In this document: positions 17,586 to 26,756 of the stretch, piece after piece
How the letters are laid out: the number at the start of each line of letters is the position of its first letter
Numbering within the stretch: the stretch's first letter is position 1
Assembly (NCBI RefSeq): GCF_042651785.1
Contig: NZ_JBHSEC010000003.1
Span: 72,547 to 104,546 of the forward strand
DNA length: 32,000 nucleotides
Reading direction: 5' to 3'
Source of the DNA: Chungangia koreensis
GTDB lineage: Bacteria > Bacillota > Bacilli > Bacillales_A > Planococcaceae
Notes under the pieces: generated by a model
Database searches by the model: none
Told to the model about the DNA's origin: nothing
The model's input: the letters and a program-made list of their open reading frames with translations, nothing else
Program-made: the position numbers and the translations under genes

Positions 17586-18505
17586 CACCCCTCCATCTGC
17601 AACCGCGGATCCAAAACATCGCGCAGCCAGTCGCCTAAGAAAATGATTCCTAAAACAGTTACTGTAATGGCAATACCAGGGAAAGTAGAAATCCACCATG
17701 AAGTGGCTAAATAATCACGTCCACTTTCCAAGATTCCTCCCCAAGAAATCATCGGGGGTTGAATCCCCATACCTAAATAACTGAGGGAAGCTTCCAGTAG
17801 GATGGCAGTCGCAATACTTAATGTCGATACGACGATAAATGAGGAAATGACATTCGGTAGAATGTGCTTGAATATGATTCCTCCATCTTTTGTGCCTAAA
17901 GTTCTGGATGCCTTTACAAAGTCCCGTTCCTTAATAGATAGGACCTCCCCTCTTACAAGGCGGGCGTATGTCACCCATTTGGTTGCACCAATTACAAATA
18001 CTAACGTCCAAAGGCCTGGACCAAATACTCCCAAGACGACTAACATAAATAAAATATTCGGAATCGCAAGGACGGCATCAACCCCGCGCATGATGAAATT
18101 ATCTAATAAACCACCATAATATCCCGCAAATAGTCCAAGTACGAGTCCTATTGCACCGGCAATCCCAATAGCACAAACCCCTACAATTAGAGATACTTGT
18201 GTTCCCACAATAATTCTACTCAGTAAATCTCTTCCTAAGTTATCAGTTCCAAGTATATGTTCAGAAGTCCCACCCTCCATCCAGAATGGGGGTTTGTTAA
18301 TCATAATAGGATTGATTGAATTTGGATCAAAAGGTGCCAGCTGATTTGCAAAGATACCTACGATCGTAACAAGCATGACAATGACGAAACCGATCATTCC
18401 GGTTTTACTTTTCCATAATTTCCGTACAAGGCGGATAAATTCATTCTTTCTTTTAATATCTTCCCCTGCAATTTCGATTAACGACTGCTTAGTTGGTGCC
18501 TGCAT
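17585..18505 (-). CDS. Peptide ABC transporter permease (OppC/DppC type)
   Basis: The start is trimmed to ATG 18505 (MQAPTKQSLIEIAGEDIKRK...), which follows GGGGGAGGGG. It has six TM segments and the N-terminal OppC-type extension. Confidence 0.85.
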   Translation of the reverse strand: MQAPTKQSLIEIAGEDIKRKNEFIRLVRKLWKSKTGMIGFVIVMLVTIVGIFANQLAPFDPNSINPIMINKPPFWMEGGTSEHILGTDNLGRDLLSRIIVGTQVSLIVGVCAIGIAGAIGLVLGLFAGYYGGLLDNFIMRGVDAVLAIPNILFMLVVLGVFGPGLWTLVFVIGATKWVTYARLVRGEVLSIKERDFVKASRTLGTKDGGIIFKHILPNVISSFIVVSTLSIATAILLEASLSYLGMGIQPPMISWGGILESGRDYLATSWWISTFPGIAITVTVLGIIFLGDWLRDVLDPRLQMEG

Positions 18506-18518
18506 ATTTCCCCTCCCC

Positions 18519-19436
18519 CTAGTTGTACTTAATGCGGGGATCAAAGATCCTATATAAAATATCCGCAATTAAATTCAAGAAAATGACCATGATCGCTACG
18601 ACAAATACTGCAGCTTGAACTATTGCCATATCCCGGCCGTTTACTGCCTGAACTAATAATTGTCCAAGTCCTGGATAGGAAAATACCACTTCCGTTACTA
18701 ATGCTCCACTCACAAGAGTGGATATTTGAAGGAACAGGATGGTGATTACCGGGACAAGTGAGTTTTTAAATCCATGCTTCATAATAAGCGTAAATGGTTG
18801 TACTCCTTTGCTCTTAGCAGTCCGTATGTAATCCTGCTGAAGAATTTCAAGCATGCTCGAACGGATTAACCTTGTCATCTCAGCAGAAACTGCAGTTCCT
18901 AAAGTAATTGAAGGGAGGACAAGATGCCTCCAAGTCTCATTACCGGACACGGGTAAAACTTGTAGCATTACTCCAAAAACGAGCATAAGCATGATACCCA
19001 GCCAAAAGTTTGGCATTGCTTTACCTAATATCGAAAAACCGGTTACAAACATATCAAGGAATGTGTTCCTTTTAACAGCCGAAATGATTCCTGCCGGTAT
19101 AGCAATAAGTACCGCTACCACCATGGAAGTCAAAGCAAGTATTAAGGTTGCCGGAAGACGTTCCATGACGATTGGCAAAGCAGGTTGAGCATAACGGAAT
19201 GACTGGCCAAAATCTCCTTGCACTAAATTGAGTAGAAAATAACCAAACTGAACCGGTACTGGTTCATTCAACTTCAGTGCTTCCCGGAGATTTTCAATAT
19301 CTTCTGGAGTGGCATCCTCAGGAAGCATCAACGATACGGGATCCCCTGCCATGTACACAAGGAAAAAAACAATGAAGGTTATCAAAATTAAAACGGGTAC
19401 AATTTGCAAAATCCTCTGCCTTAAATACTTCCCCAT
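18519..19436 (-). CDS. Peptide ABC transporter permease (OppB/DppB type)
   Basis: The start is trimmed to ATG 19436 (MGKYLRQRILQIVPVLILITFIVFFL...), 6 nt after AGGAGG. The N-terminus is the canonical OppB type, and the protein ends ...DPRIKYN. Confidence 0.88.
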   Translation of the reverse strand: MGKYLRQRILQIVPVLILITFIVFFLVYMAGDPVSLMLPEDATPEDIENLREALKLNEPVPVQFGYFLLNLVQGDFGQSFRYAQPALPIVMERLPATLILALTSMVVAVLIAIPAGIISAVKRNTFLDMFVTGFSILGKAMPNFWLGIMLMLVFGVMLQVLPVSGNETWRHLVLPSITLGTAVSAEMTRLIRSSMLEILQQDYIRTAKSKGVQPFTLIMKHGFKNSLVPVITILFLQISTLVSGALVTEVVFSYPGLGQLLVQAVNGRDMAIVQAAVFVVAIMVIFLNLIADILYRIFDPRIKYN

Positions 19437-19499
19437 ACCTCTCCTCCTAATGGGAAGAGAAGACAAGCATGAAATCACTTGTCTTCCCGATTCCCGATA

Positions 19500-21086
19500 T
19501 TATTTCAATTTAATGTTTTCGATTATAAACATTTCATCTACACGTGGTTCAAATTCAAGGCGATCATTAACTCCGTAAAAACTGTACACTTGGAATAGTG
19601 GAACAATCGGCACTTCCTCAGCAACAATTTCTTGAACCCTCTTGTATTGCTGTTCACGCTCTTCAGCATTCAAATTAACGTTTGCTGCATCCAATAATTT
19701 ATCGACTTCATCGTTTTTATAGTCATTAATGGAATCGGCACGTTCAGAATGATAATAGTCAAGGGCTTGTGCTGCATCGAATAATGAAGCCCCTAAAGCA
19801 ATGAAATAGGCATCCTTATGCTCTTCTGCTTTACGAAGATCAACGAATGCTCCCCATTCCATGAACTCCAGTTTTGCAGTGATACCAGCTTGTGCAAGCA
19901 TTCCCGCTATCATTTCTACAGTAGCTTTGTCCTGGAAATAACGGCCATTTGGTGAATGGAGAGTAATTTCCACTCCTTTTTCATATCCAGCTTCCTTAAG
20001 TAGACTCTTCGCTTTTTCCAAATCATAATTGTATTTTCCGAATAGATCTTCATTAATACCGAAGTTTCCTGGATTCATACGTGTTAACGTCGGTTTTCCA
20101 CCGCCGCCAAGAATATGGTCAACGAGGGCTTGATCGTCAATTGCATAATCGATTGCCTGACGAACTTTAACATCAGAAGTCGGATATCCTTCCGTTACAC
20201 GTAGGAATAGCATCATCGTCCGGTTAACCGGTCCAGTAACGACATCTGTTCCGTCATTGTTTTTAATCCGTTCCCAATCCGTAGGAGGAACTTCTGTTGC
20301 AATATCCACTCCGCCTGTCAATAATTCAGCAACCCTTGTGGAGTTCTCAGGGATAGCCCTGAATACAACTTGCTCCCATTCCGTATTCACACCATTAAAA
20401 TAGTCATCGTTTCTCTCCAATACAACACGGTCATCTTTTTTCCACTCAACAAATTTGAATGGACCCGTTCCTATAGGATTTTCCAAGAAATAGTCAAATC
20501 CGTTCTCTTCAATATATTTACTCGGCAGCATCCCCGAACCGAGGCGCGCAACACGATTTAACAATACTGGGTCTACTTCGAACGTTTTAATATGAACTGT
20601 ATAATCATCAATGATTTCAACCGATTCTATTTGCTTATAGTTAGGGTGCTCACGCAATGAAGAATCTGTCGCCACCCGCTCTAAACTATATTTAACGTCA
20701 GCAGCTGTGAAGGGATCACCATTGTGGAATTTAACATCATCCCTCAACTTGAATTCCCAAGTATGGTCATCGACAAGTTTCCACTCTTTCGCCAAATCAG
20801 GGACAATCGTTCCATTTTCGTTTTTAACCAAGTAGTTATACATATTGATATGAATGGCTTCAGTTGCAGTGGTTTGGTGATTATGAGGGTCGAACGTTAA
20901 CATATCCGTCCCCATTGCGATCGTCAGTGTCAGATTTTCTTCAGCTTCGACTTTAACTGTGCCTTCATCCTTTCCCTTATCGCCCCCGGTTGACGGCTCA
21001 GTAGTACCTTGGCCGCTATCCGAACATGCTGCTATGAATAGAGACAAGACAACTAAGAATGTGAATAACAAGCGTTTATTCTTCAT
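19500..21086 (-). CDS. Family-5 (peptide/nickel) ABC substrate-binding lipoprotein (OppA/DppA type)
   Basis: 528 aa with a lipobox (LFIAACSD) and a Gly/Glu/Lys-rich tether. Size and sequence character fit SBP family 5. The SD GGGGTG lies 5 nt upstream. Confidence 0.85.
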   Translation of the reverse strand: MKNKRLLFTFLVVLSLFIAACSDSGQGTTEPSTGGDKGKDEGTVKVEAEENLTLTIAMGTDMLTFDPHNHQTTATEAIHINMYNYLVKNENGTIVPDLAKEWKLVDDHTWEFKLRDDVKFHNGDPFTAADVKYSLERVATDSSLREHPNYKQIESVEIIDDYTVHIKTFEVDPVLLNRVARLGSGMLPSKYIEENGFDYFLENPIGTGPFKFVEWKKDDRVVLERNDDYFNGVNTEWEQVVFRAIPENSTRVAELLTGGVDIATEVPPTDWERIKNNDGTDVVTGPVNRTMMLFLRVTEGYPTSDVKVRQAIDYAIDDQALVDHILGGGGKPTLTRMNPGNFGINEDLFGKYNYDLEKAKSLLKEAGYEKGVEITLHSPNGRYFQDKATVEMIAGMLAQAGITAKLEFMEWGAFVDLRKAEEHKDAYFIALGASLFDAAQALDYYHSERADSINDYKNDEVDKLLDAANVNLNAEEREQQYKRVQEIVAEEVPIVPLFQVYSFYGVNDRLEFEPRVDEMFIIENIKLK

Positions 21087-21117
21087 AAATACACCCCTTT
21101 TGTGTTTTAAATTCTAC

Positions 21118-22494
21118 TTAACCTACAGAAATCCCTTTATTAACCAAACTGTATTCATGCATAACTGTGCATATAAATTTAATCCCTTCAATAAAATCCT
21201 CAATACGAATGTTCTCATTAGGAGCGTGGATCCTTGAATCTTCGTAACCTACACCAAAACTAACAGCCGGAATATTATATTGAGCTGCTAATTTATACAT
21301 AGGACCGGTTCCTGGAGACATGGAAAAGATTTGTGGAGGCTTACCGTAAAACTTCTCCGCTTCTTTAATGGCCACTTTGGCAAGTGGATCGCCCGGATCA
21401 GTTTTAGCTGCCTTCTTACCACTGATTTTATGAATGGTAATATCCTCGAAACCATGCTTATCTAAATGTTTGCGCAGGAGAACGATTATTTCATCTGGGT
21501 CCTGATCCGGAACGAGGCGAAAATCGATTTTCACTTTCGCTTCCGAGGGCAGAACGGTTTTCGATCCCTCTCCCGTGTAGCCGGAGTAAATTCCGCAAAT
21601 GGTACAAGTAGGCTGGAAGATGAACTTCTCTTTTAATTCGTCTCCATCCAAGTTAAGGAGAAAAGATTCCAACTCCAGGTTTTTGAGCATTTCTTTTTCA
21701 TGTAAAGGCATATTGGCAAGCATCTGTTTCTCCAGTTCGCTTGGCTGGTCAACTCTGTCATAAAATCCTTCTATTTTGACACGCTCATCCGTTCCTTTTA
21801 ACGTATTTAATGCCCAAACAAGCCGCCATGCAGGATTTTCGATAATTGCTGCATTCGAGGAGTGAAGATCAGTATTCGCACCTTTCGCCCTCAGTTCGAT
21901 ATACAGCATCCCCTTTAATCCAAGGCGTATAGATAATGCTCCATCCGGCGTCTTATAACCCGACTCCCAAATGTAACCGTCTGTTTCAATAATATCCGGA
22001 GCATTTTCAATCGCATGATGAGTATAAATACTTCCGAATTCCTCCTCTCCATCTACAAAAAATTTAATGTTCACTGGAAGCTCGCCATACACTTGTTGAT
22101 ATGCATGGATTGCAGCAATACGTGCGAAAAGATTCCCTTTGTTATCAGCGACTCCACGAGCAAACAATTTTCCATCATGAATTTCTGCACCGAATGGAGG
22201 ATAATCCCATAATTCAATTGGATCCTCAGGCTGAACATCATAATGGTTATAAAATGATAATGTCTTTTCCTTATCGCTAAGGATCTTTCCATATACAACT
22301 GGATGACGCCCAGTCGGTACAATCTGAACTTCCGCGTTTAATTTCAACAAATAACCTTCAACCATTGCAGCCATTTCATCAATTCCACGAAACTGAGTAG
22401 ATACACTCGGCTGCCTGCAACCTTCCTGTAACCAAGAAATGTATTGATCTCTATGCTGATCGATATATTCGTATAAATCCTTCAATCCTGTCAT
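21118..22494 (-). CDS. M20-family metallopeptidase (ArgE/DapE/ACY1/CPG2-type dipeptidase)
   Basis: About 458 aa. Metal and catalytic motifs are NHYDVQP, ARGVADNKG and DGEEEFGS, with a dimerisation-domain insert. The start is ATG 22494 or GTG 22497; the SD is weak. Confidence 0.8.
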   Translation of the reverse strand: MTGLKDLYEYIDQHRDQYISWLQEGCRQPSVSTQFRGIDEMAAMVEGYLLKLNAEVQIVPTGRHPVVYGKILSDKEKTLSFYNHYDVQPEDPIELWDYPPFGAEIHDGKLFARGVADNKGNLFARIAAIHAYQQVYGELPVNIKFFVDGEEEFGSIYTHHAIENAPDIIETDGYIWESGYKTPDGALSIRLGLKGMLYIELRAKGANTDLHSSNAAIIENPAWRLVWALNTLKGTDERVKIEGFYDRVDQPSELEKQMLANMPLHEKEMLKNLELESFLLNLDGDELKEKFIFQPTCTICGIYSGYTGEGSKTVLPSEAKVKIDFRLVPDQDPDEIIVLLRKHLDKHGFEDITIHKISGKKAAKTDPGDPLAKVAIKEAEKFYGKPPQIFSMSPGTGPMYKLAAQYNIPAVSFGVGYEDSRIHAPNENIRIEDFIEGIKFICTVMHEYSLVNKGISVG

Positions 22495-22625
22495 CACCTA
22501 CTAAACTTATTTTTGGAATCGCTTACATAGAGAATATCAAAAATTTAAAATTTCTGATAATACATATTTTTTTCTTGTGGTGATAAAAAAATTTTATTAA
22601 GGAAATAGAAAAACCTTTCATTCCG

Positions 22626-22641
22626 TTGGTTGGTTGGTTGG
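22626..22641. repeat. (TTGG)x4 tetranucleotide microsatellite, with one further GTTGG 8 nt downstream
   Basis: Direct reading: ccgTTGGTTGGTTGGTTGGaagaagtgGTTGGatag. Confidence 0.9.
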
Positions 22642-22691
22642 AAGAAGTGGTTGGATAGTTATTGCAGTCTCCTGTTTAGTGGGTTGAATGG

Positions 22692-22783
22692 AATCTTTTG
22701 CACTTGATTAGAAAAGGCTGAGGGTTTTGCACCTATCGAGGGTTCTTTTGCGGTTTCAACCAAATGTTTTGCTGATGCAAGCT
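22692..22783. repeat. Degenerate tandem units with a TTTTGC core; the last three are spaced exactly 21 bp apart
   Basis: TTTTGC occurs at 22696, 22725, 22746 and 22767. The 21-mers are agggTTTTGCacctatcgagg, gttcTTTTGCggtttcaacca and aatgTTTTGCtgatgcaagct. Confidence 0.7.
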
Positions 22784-22816
22784 GATCTTTTTAAGGGAGG
22801 TTAGCTACCGAAGGAG

Positions 22817-22963
22817 CCATATTGCGGATTTTTGATCTCATATTGCTGCGTTTGGCATCTATATTGCGCTTTGCCGCTATCATATTGCGGCGTTTGCCGT
22901 TTATATTGCGCGATTTCCACTTCATATTGCGCGGAAACCAATTGATATTGCGTTCCAAAGGAT
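22817..22963. repeat. Seven tandem 21-bp units with an invariant ATATTGC core (array A)
   Basis: The core starts at 22819, 22840, 22861, 22882, 22903, 22924 and 22945, all exactly 21 bp apart. The units are ccATATTGCggatttttgatc, tcATATTGCtgcgtttggcat, ctATATTGCgctttgccgcta, tcATATTGCggcgtttgccgt, ttATATTGCgcgatttccact, tcATATTGCgcggaaaccaat and tgATATTGCgttccaaaggat. Confidence 0.95.
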
Positions 22964-22982
22964 TCCACCAATTTTTCCCCAT

Positions 22983-23015
22983 TAAAAAAGGTACACCAGA
23001 TAATCCAGTGCACCT
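22983..23015 (-). terminator. Rho-independent terminator of the secA-prfB operon
   Basis: The minus RNA AGGUGCAC-(11-nt loop)-GUGUACCU forms an 8-bp stem with one G-U pair, followed by UUUUUU. It begins 8 nt after the prfB stop. Confidence 0.8.
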
Positions 23016-23023
23016 CCAACATA

Positions 23024-24128
23024 TTAAGCTAGTTTCGAACGCAAATAGGCGTTGATGAATTGATCGATGTCGCCGTCCATGACGTTGTTGACGTTCCCGG
23101 TTTCGGCGTTCGTGCGGTGGTCTTTCACCATAGAATATGGGTGGAAGACGTATGAGCGGATTTGGCTTCCCCAGCCAATTTCCTGTTGGTCTCCACGGAT
23201 TTCCAACAATTCTTTTTCACGTTCTTCGATCTTCAGTTGATACAATTTCGCTTTCAACATCTTCATCGCTTGTTCACGGTTCTTAATCTGTGAACGTTCA
23301 TTTTGACATTGAACGACGACGCCCGTCGGCATATGCGTGATCCGGACTGCGGAGTCGGTCGTATTGATGTGCTGACCGCCGGCACCAGTTGCCCGGTACG
23401 TATCGACCTTCAAATCTTCACTCTTTACTTCAATCTCGATTTCTTCATTGAACTCAGGCATGACTTCGCAAGATGCGAAGGATGTATGACGACGTCCTGA
23501 AGAATCGAAAGGTGAAATCCGTACAAGACGGTGTACGCCTTTTTCCGCTTTCAAGTAGCCATATGCATTATGCCCCTTGATGGACAATGTCACCGACTTA
23601 ACGCCCGCTTCATCACCCGCAAGATAGTTCATCGTTTCAACCTTGAAACCGCGCTTTTCAGCCCAGCGCGTGTACATGCGAAGCAGCATGGACGTCCAGT
23701 CCTGGGACTCGGTACCGCCAGCACCCGCATGCAGTTCCAAAATTGCATTGTTCTTATCGTACGGTTCGCTCAATAGTAACTGAAGTTCGAATGCTGAAAG
23801 CTGCTCAACAAAGTCCGGCAATTCGTTACTCAGTTCCGTTTGAAGTTCCTCGTCAGGCTCTTCACGAAGAAGCTCCAGCGTCATCTCCAAGTTTTCCTGC
23901 GTATCGCTCAGTTCTTTGTACTCCCCGACTAAATCCTTCAACGAATTCGATTCACTGATGACGGTTTGTGCCGCCTGCTGGTCATCCCAGAAATCAGGCA
24001 TAAGCATTTGCTCATCCAATTCAGCGATTCTGGCCTCTTTGTTTTCTAAGTCAAAGAGACCCCCTAAAGTCCGCTAATTTCTTAGCTGTTTTATCCAACT
24101 CGTTCCGGATATCTCCTAATTCCATCAT
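23024..24128 (-). CDS. prfB: Peptide chain release factor 2, translated through a programmed +1 frameshift
   Basis: Frame 0 is ATG 24128 (7 nt after GGAGGA), [25 protein letters not shown], then TGA at 24053-24051. The +1 frame continues [24 protein letters not shown]... to the stop at 23024; the ORF track shows only this part. The SPF (RISPFDS) and GGQ (GAGGQHIN) motifs are present. Confidence 0.93.
24050..24065 (-). promoter_or_regulatory. RF2 autoregulatory +1 frameshift site
   Basis: The minus strand reads AGG GGG TCT CTT TGA C: an internal SD-like AGGGGG, a 3-nt spacer, the slippery CUU, and UGA followed by C. This is the canonical prfB recoding signal. Confidence 0.9.
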
Positions 24129-24146
24129 TGCTAAATCCTCCAATTA

Positions 24147-26657
24147 TTACGAGACTGCGCCGTGGCAGTTCTTGAATTTCTTGCCGCTGCCACATGGGCA
24201 TGGGTCGTTACGTCCGACGTTCTGCGTATTACGGACCGGTTTTTTCTTAACCGGCTCGCCGCCTTCTTTCGGATTGACCGCTTGGCCTTTTGCCACTTCC
24301 TGGCGCTCTAAGTTGTTGCGGATTTCCGCTTTCATTGCGTATTTTGCCACGTCATCGCGGATTGCATCCACCATATCTTCAAACATGGCAAAACCTTCGT
24401 TTTGGTATTCACGAAGTGGATCCGTTTGTCCGTAAGCACGTAAGTGAATACCTTGACGCAATTGATCCATCGCATCGATATGGTCAATCCATTTCGAATC
24501 GATCGAGCGAAGAAGGACAACCTTCTCAAACTCACGCATACGCTCAGGTGAAAGCTCTTCTTCTTTCTCATTATACCGCTCTGTGACAGCTTCCTTGATA
24601 ACATCAATCATTTCCGCTGGAGATTTCCCCGCCAAATCGGATTGCTTGATGCGGCCTTCAGGCAATAAATTCGCCGCGATGAAATCTTCTAGACCTTTCA
24701 AGTTCCACTCGTCTTTATTCTCAGTTGCTGCAGTATAAGCACTTACCGTACGCTCGATTACTTCATCGATCATGGACTCAACAAGAGCACGTAAATCTTC
24801 GTTTTCGAGCACTTCATTCCGTTCCTTGTAAATGATTTCACGTTGCTGACGCAACACGTCATCATATTGAAGGAGACGTTTCCGTGCATCGAAGTTGTTT
24901 CCTTCTACCCGTTTCTGGGCGGATTCAACAGCACGGCTGACCATTTTCGATTGGATTGGCGCAGTATCATCCATACCCAAGCGAGTCATCATAGCCTTCA
25001 TATTGTCAGAACCGAAACGGCGCATCAATTCATCTTCCAATGAGAGATAGAATTGCGTTACTCCCGGATCTCCTTGACGACCGGAACGACCACGCAACTG
25101 GTTATCAATACGGCGGGACTCATGTCGCTCCGTACCGATAACGGCCAATCCGCCAATCTCGCGAACTCCGTCACCAAGTTTAATATCCGTACCACGGCCG
25201 GCCATGTTTGTCGCGATCGTAACCGCTCCTTTATGACCCGCTTCCAAAATGATTTCAGCCTCGCGCTCGTGGTTCTTTGCATTCAATACGTTATGCTTAA
25301 TACCACGTTTTGTTAATAAATTCGAAATCTCTTCGGACGTTTCAATCGCCACAGTACCGACCAGCACTGGCTGACCATTCTTATGGCGTTCTGCGATATC
25401 GTCAGCAACCGCATTGAATTTCCCTGACATCGAGGCGTAAATCAAATCCGCACGGTCGTCACGGATAATCGGCTTGTTCGTCGGAATGACAATAACATTC
25501 ATATTGTAAATGTTACGGAATTCCTCTTCTTCCGTCTTCGCTGTACCGGTCATACCAGATAACTTCTCATACATACGGAAGAAGTTTTGGAACGTAATAG
25601 TCGCCATCGTCATCGATTCATTCTGAATCTCTAAACCTTCTTTTGCTTCGATTGCCTGGTGAAGTCCATCACTATAACGACGGCCCTTCATCAAACGACC
25701 TGTGAAGGAGTCAACGATGACCACTTCGCCTTCCTGAACAACGTAGTCAACGTCAAGATGCATACTCACATGCGCCTTTAGCGCCTGGTTGATCGCATGG
25801 TTCAAGCGGACATGTGTCAAATCGAACAAGTTATCGATCCCAAACGCTTTCTCAGCCTTATCGACACCACTCTCCGTCAACACGACACCCTTCGTCTGCT
25901 CATCGTACGCAAAGTCTTCTTCCTTCTTCAACATACGAATAAATGCATTCGCCTGGATATAAAGAGCAGCAGCCTTTTCAGCTTGTCCAGAAATAATGAG
26001 CGGCGTACGCGCTTCATCGATCAGAATCGAGTCAACCTCGTCAATGACCGCATAGAAAAGAGGGCGCTGAACTTTATCTTCTTTATAAAGAACCATATTG
26101 TCACGAAGGTAATCGAAACCAAGCTCGTTATTCGTGCTGTACGTAATATCAGCCGCATACGCTTCCCGCTTCTCTTCCTTCGATAAGCTATTCAAATTCA
26201 AACCAACAGAAAGACCGAGGAATTCATACAAATGGCCCATTTCCGTCGCGTCACGGCTTGCCAAGTATTCATTGACCGTCACGACATGTACGCCTTTACC
26301 GGACAATGCGTTCAAATAGACCGCCATCGTGGAAGTCAACGTTTTACCTTCACCGGTTTTCATCTCAGAGATATTACCTTCATGCAGTGCAGCAGCACCC
26401 ATGATTTGAACACGGAATGGATACATGCCAAGTGCACGGCGTGCCCCTTCACGTGCAACCGCAAATGCCTCTACTAACAAATCATCAAGTGTCTCGCCGT
26501 TCTCTATACGTGTACGGAATTCATCCGTCTTAGCCCGGAGATCCTCGTCAGATAGGATTTCCATCTCATGCGCGAGCGCCTCTACCTGATCGGCAGTCTT
26601 CTCAAGACGCTTCACATCCCGCTTGTTCATATCAAACAATTTATTTAAAACGCCCAT
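24147..26657 (-). CDS. secA: Preprotein translocase ATPase SecA
   Basis: The start is trimmed to ATG 26657 ([20 protein letters not shown]), 8 nt after AGGAAG. Walker A is MKTGEGKTL. The match to B. subtilis SecA is collinear, and the C-terminus has the zinc-binding [14 protein letters not shown]. Confidence 0.95.
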   Translation of the reverse strand: MGVLNKLFDMNKRDVKRLEKTADQVEALAHEMEILSDEDLRAKTDEFRTRIENGETLDDLLVEAFAVAREGARRALGMYPFRVQIMGAAALHEGNISEMKTGEGKTLTSTMAVYLNALSGKGVHVVTVNEYLASRDATEMGHLYEFLGLSVGLNLNSLSKEEKREAYAADITYSTNNELGFDYLRDNMVLYKEDKVQRPLFYAVIDEVDSILIDEARTPLIISGQAEKAAALYIQANAFIRMLKKEEDFAYDEQTKGVVLTESGVDKAEKAFGIDNLFDLTHVRLNHAINQALKAHVSMHLDVDYVVQEGEVVIVDSFTGRLMKGRRYSDGLHQAIEAKEGLEIQNESMTMATITFQNFFRMYEKLSGMTGTAKTEEEEFRNIYNMNVIVIPTNKPIIRDDRADLIYASMSGKFNAVADDIAERHKNGQPVLVGTVAIETSEEISNLLTKRGIKHNVLNAKNHEREAEIILEAGHKGAVTIATNMAGRGTDIKLGDGVREIGGLAVIGTERHESRRIDNQLRGRSGRQGDPGVTQFYLSLEDELMRRFGSDNMKAMMTRLGMDDTAPIQSKMVSRAVESAQKRVEGNNFDARKRLLQYDDVLRQQREIIYKERNEVLENEDLRALVESMIDEVIERTVSAYTAATENKDEWNLKGLEDFIAANLLPEGRIKQSDLAGKSPAEMIDVIKEAVTERYNEKEEELSPERMREFEKVVLLRSIDSKWIDHIDAMDQLRQGIHLRAYGQTDPLREYQNEGFAMFEDMVDAIRDDVAKYAMKAEIRNNLERQEVAKGQAVNPKEGGEPVKKKPVRNTQNVGRNDPCPCGSGKKFKNCHGAVS

Positions 26658-26688
26658 GTATGTCACTTCCTATTCAGTATCAAACTTC

Positions 26689-26718
26689 ATTTTACCATTG
26701 TGTGATAGGCCTATGCAA
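26689..26718 (-). promoter_or_regulatory. Candidate sigma-A promoter of secA-prfB
   Basis: Minus strand TTGCAT, 18 nt, TAAAAT, with an extended -10 (TGGTAAAAT). It ends about 30 nt upstream of the secA ATG. Confidence 0.45.
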
Positions 26719-26756
26719 ATAGGCTGACAATAATAGGAACGCCGGTAGGTCGAGGT

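Noticed and set aside
14642-22497. Considered calling the LysR/opp/M20 block a mobile element or genomic island
   Set aside because: No integrase, transposase, tRNA attachment site or terminal direct or inverted repeats were seen. Only compositional and synteny arguments support it, so it is reported as a finding and not as a mobile_element feature.
22791-23055. Three overlapping ORFs across array A (63 aa RNI/RNM heptads, 73 aa QYxxxxx heptads, 77 aa ILRxxxx heptads)
   Set aside because: A 21-bp DNA period produces heptad repeats in every frame automatically. The minus-strand ORFs start inside or just after the prfB terminator without an SD. The + strand ORF runs antisense through the prfB terminator and 3' end. 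Only the + strand TTG 22822 has an SD-like GAAGGAG, so that remains a low-probability alternative in the array A finding.
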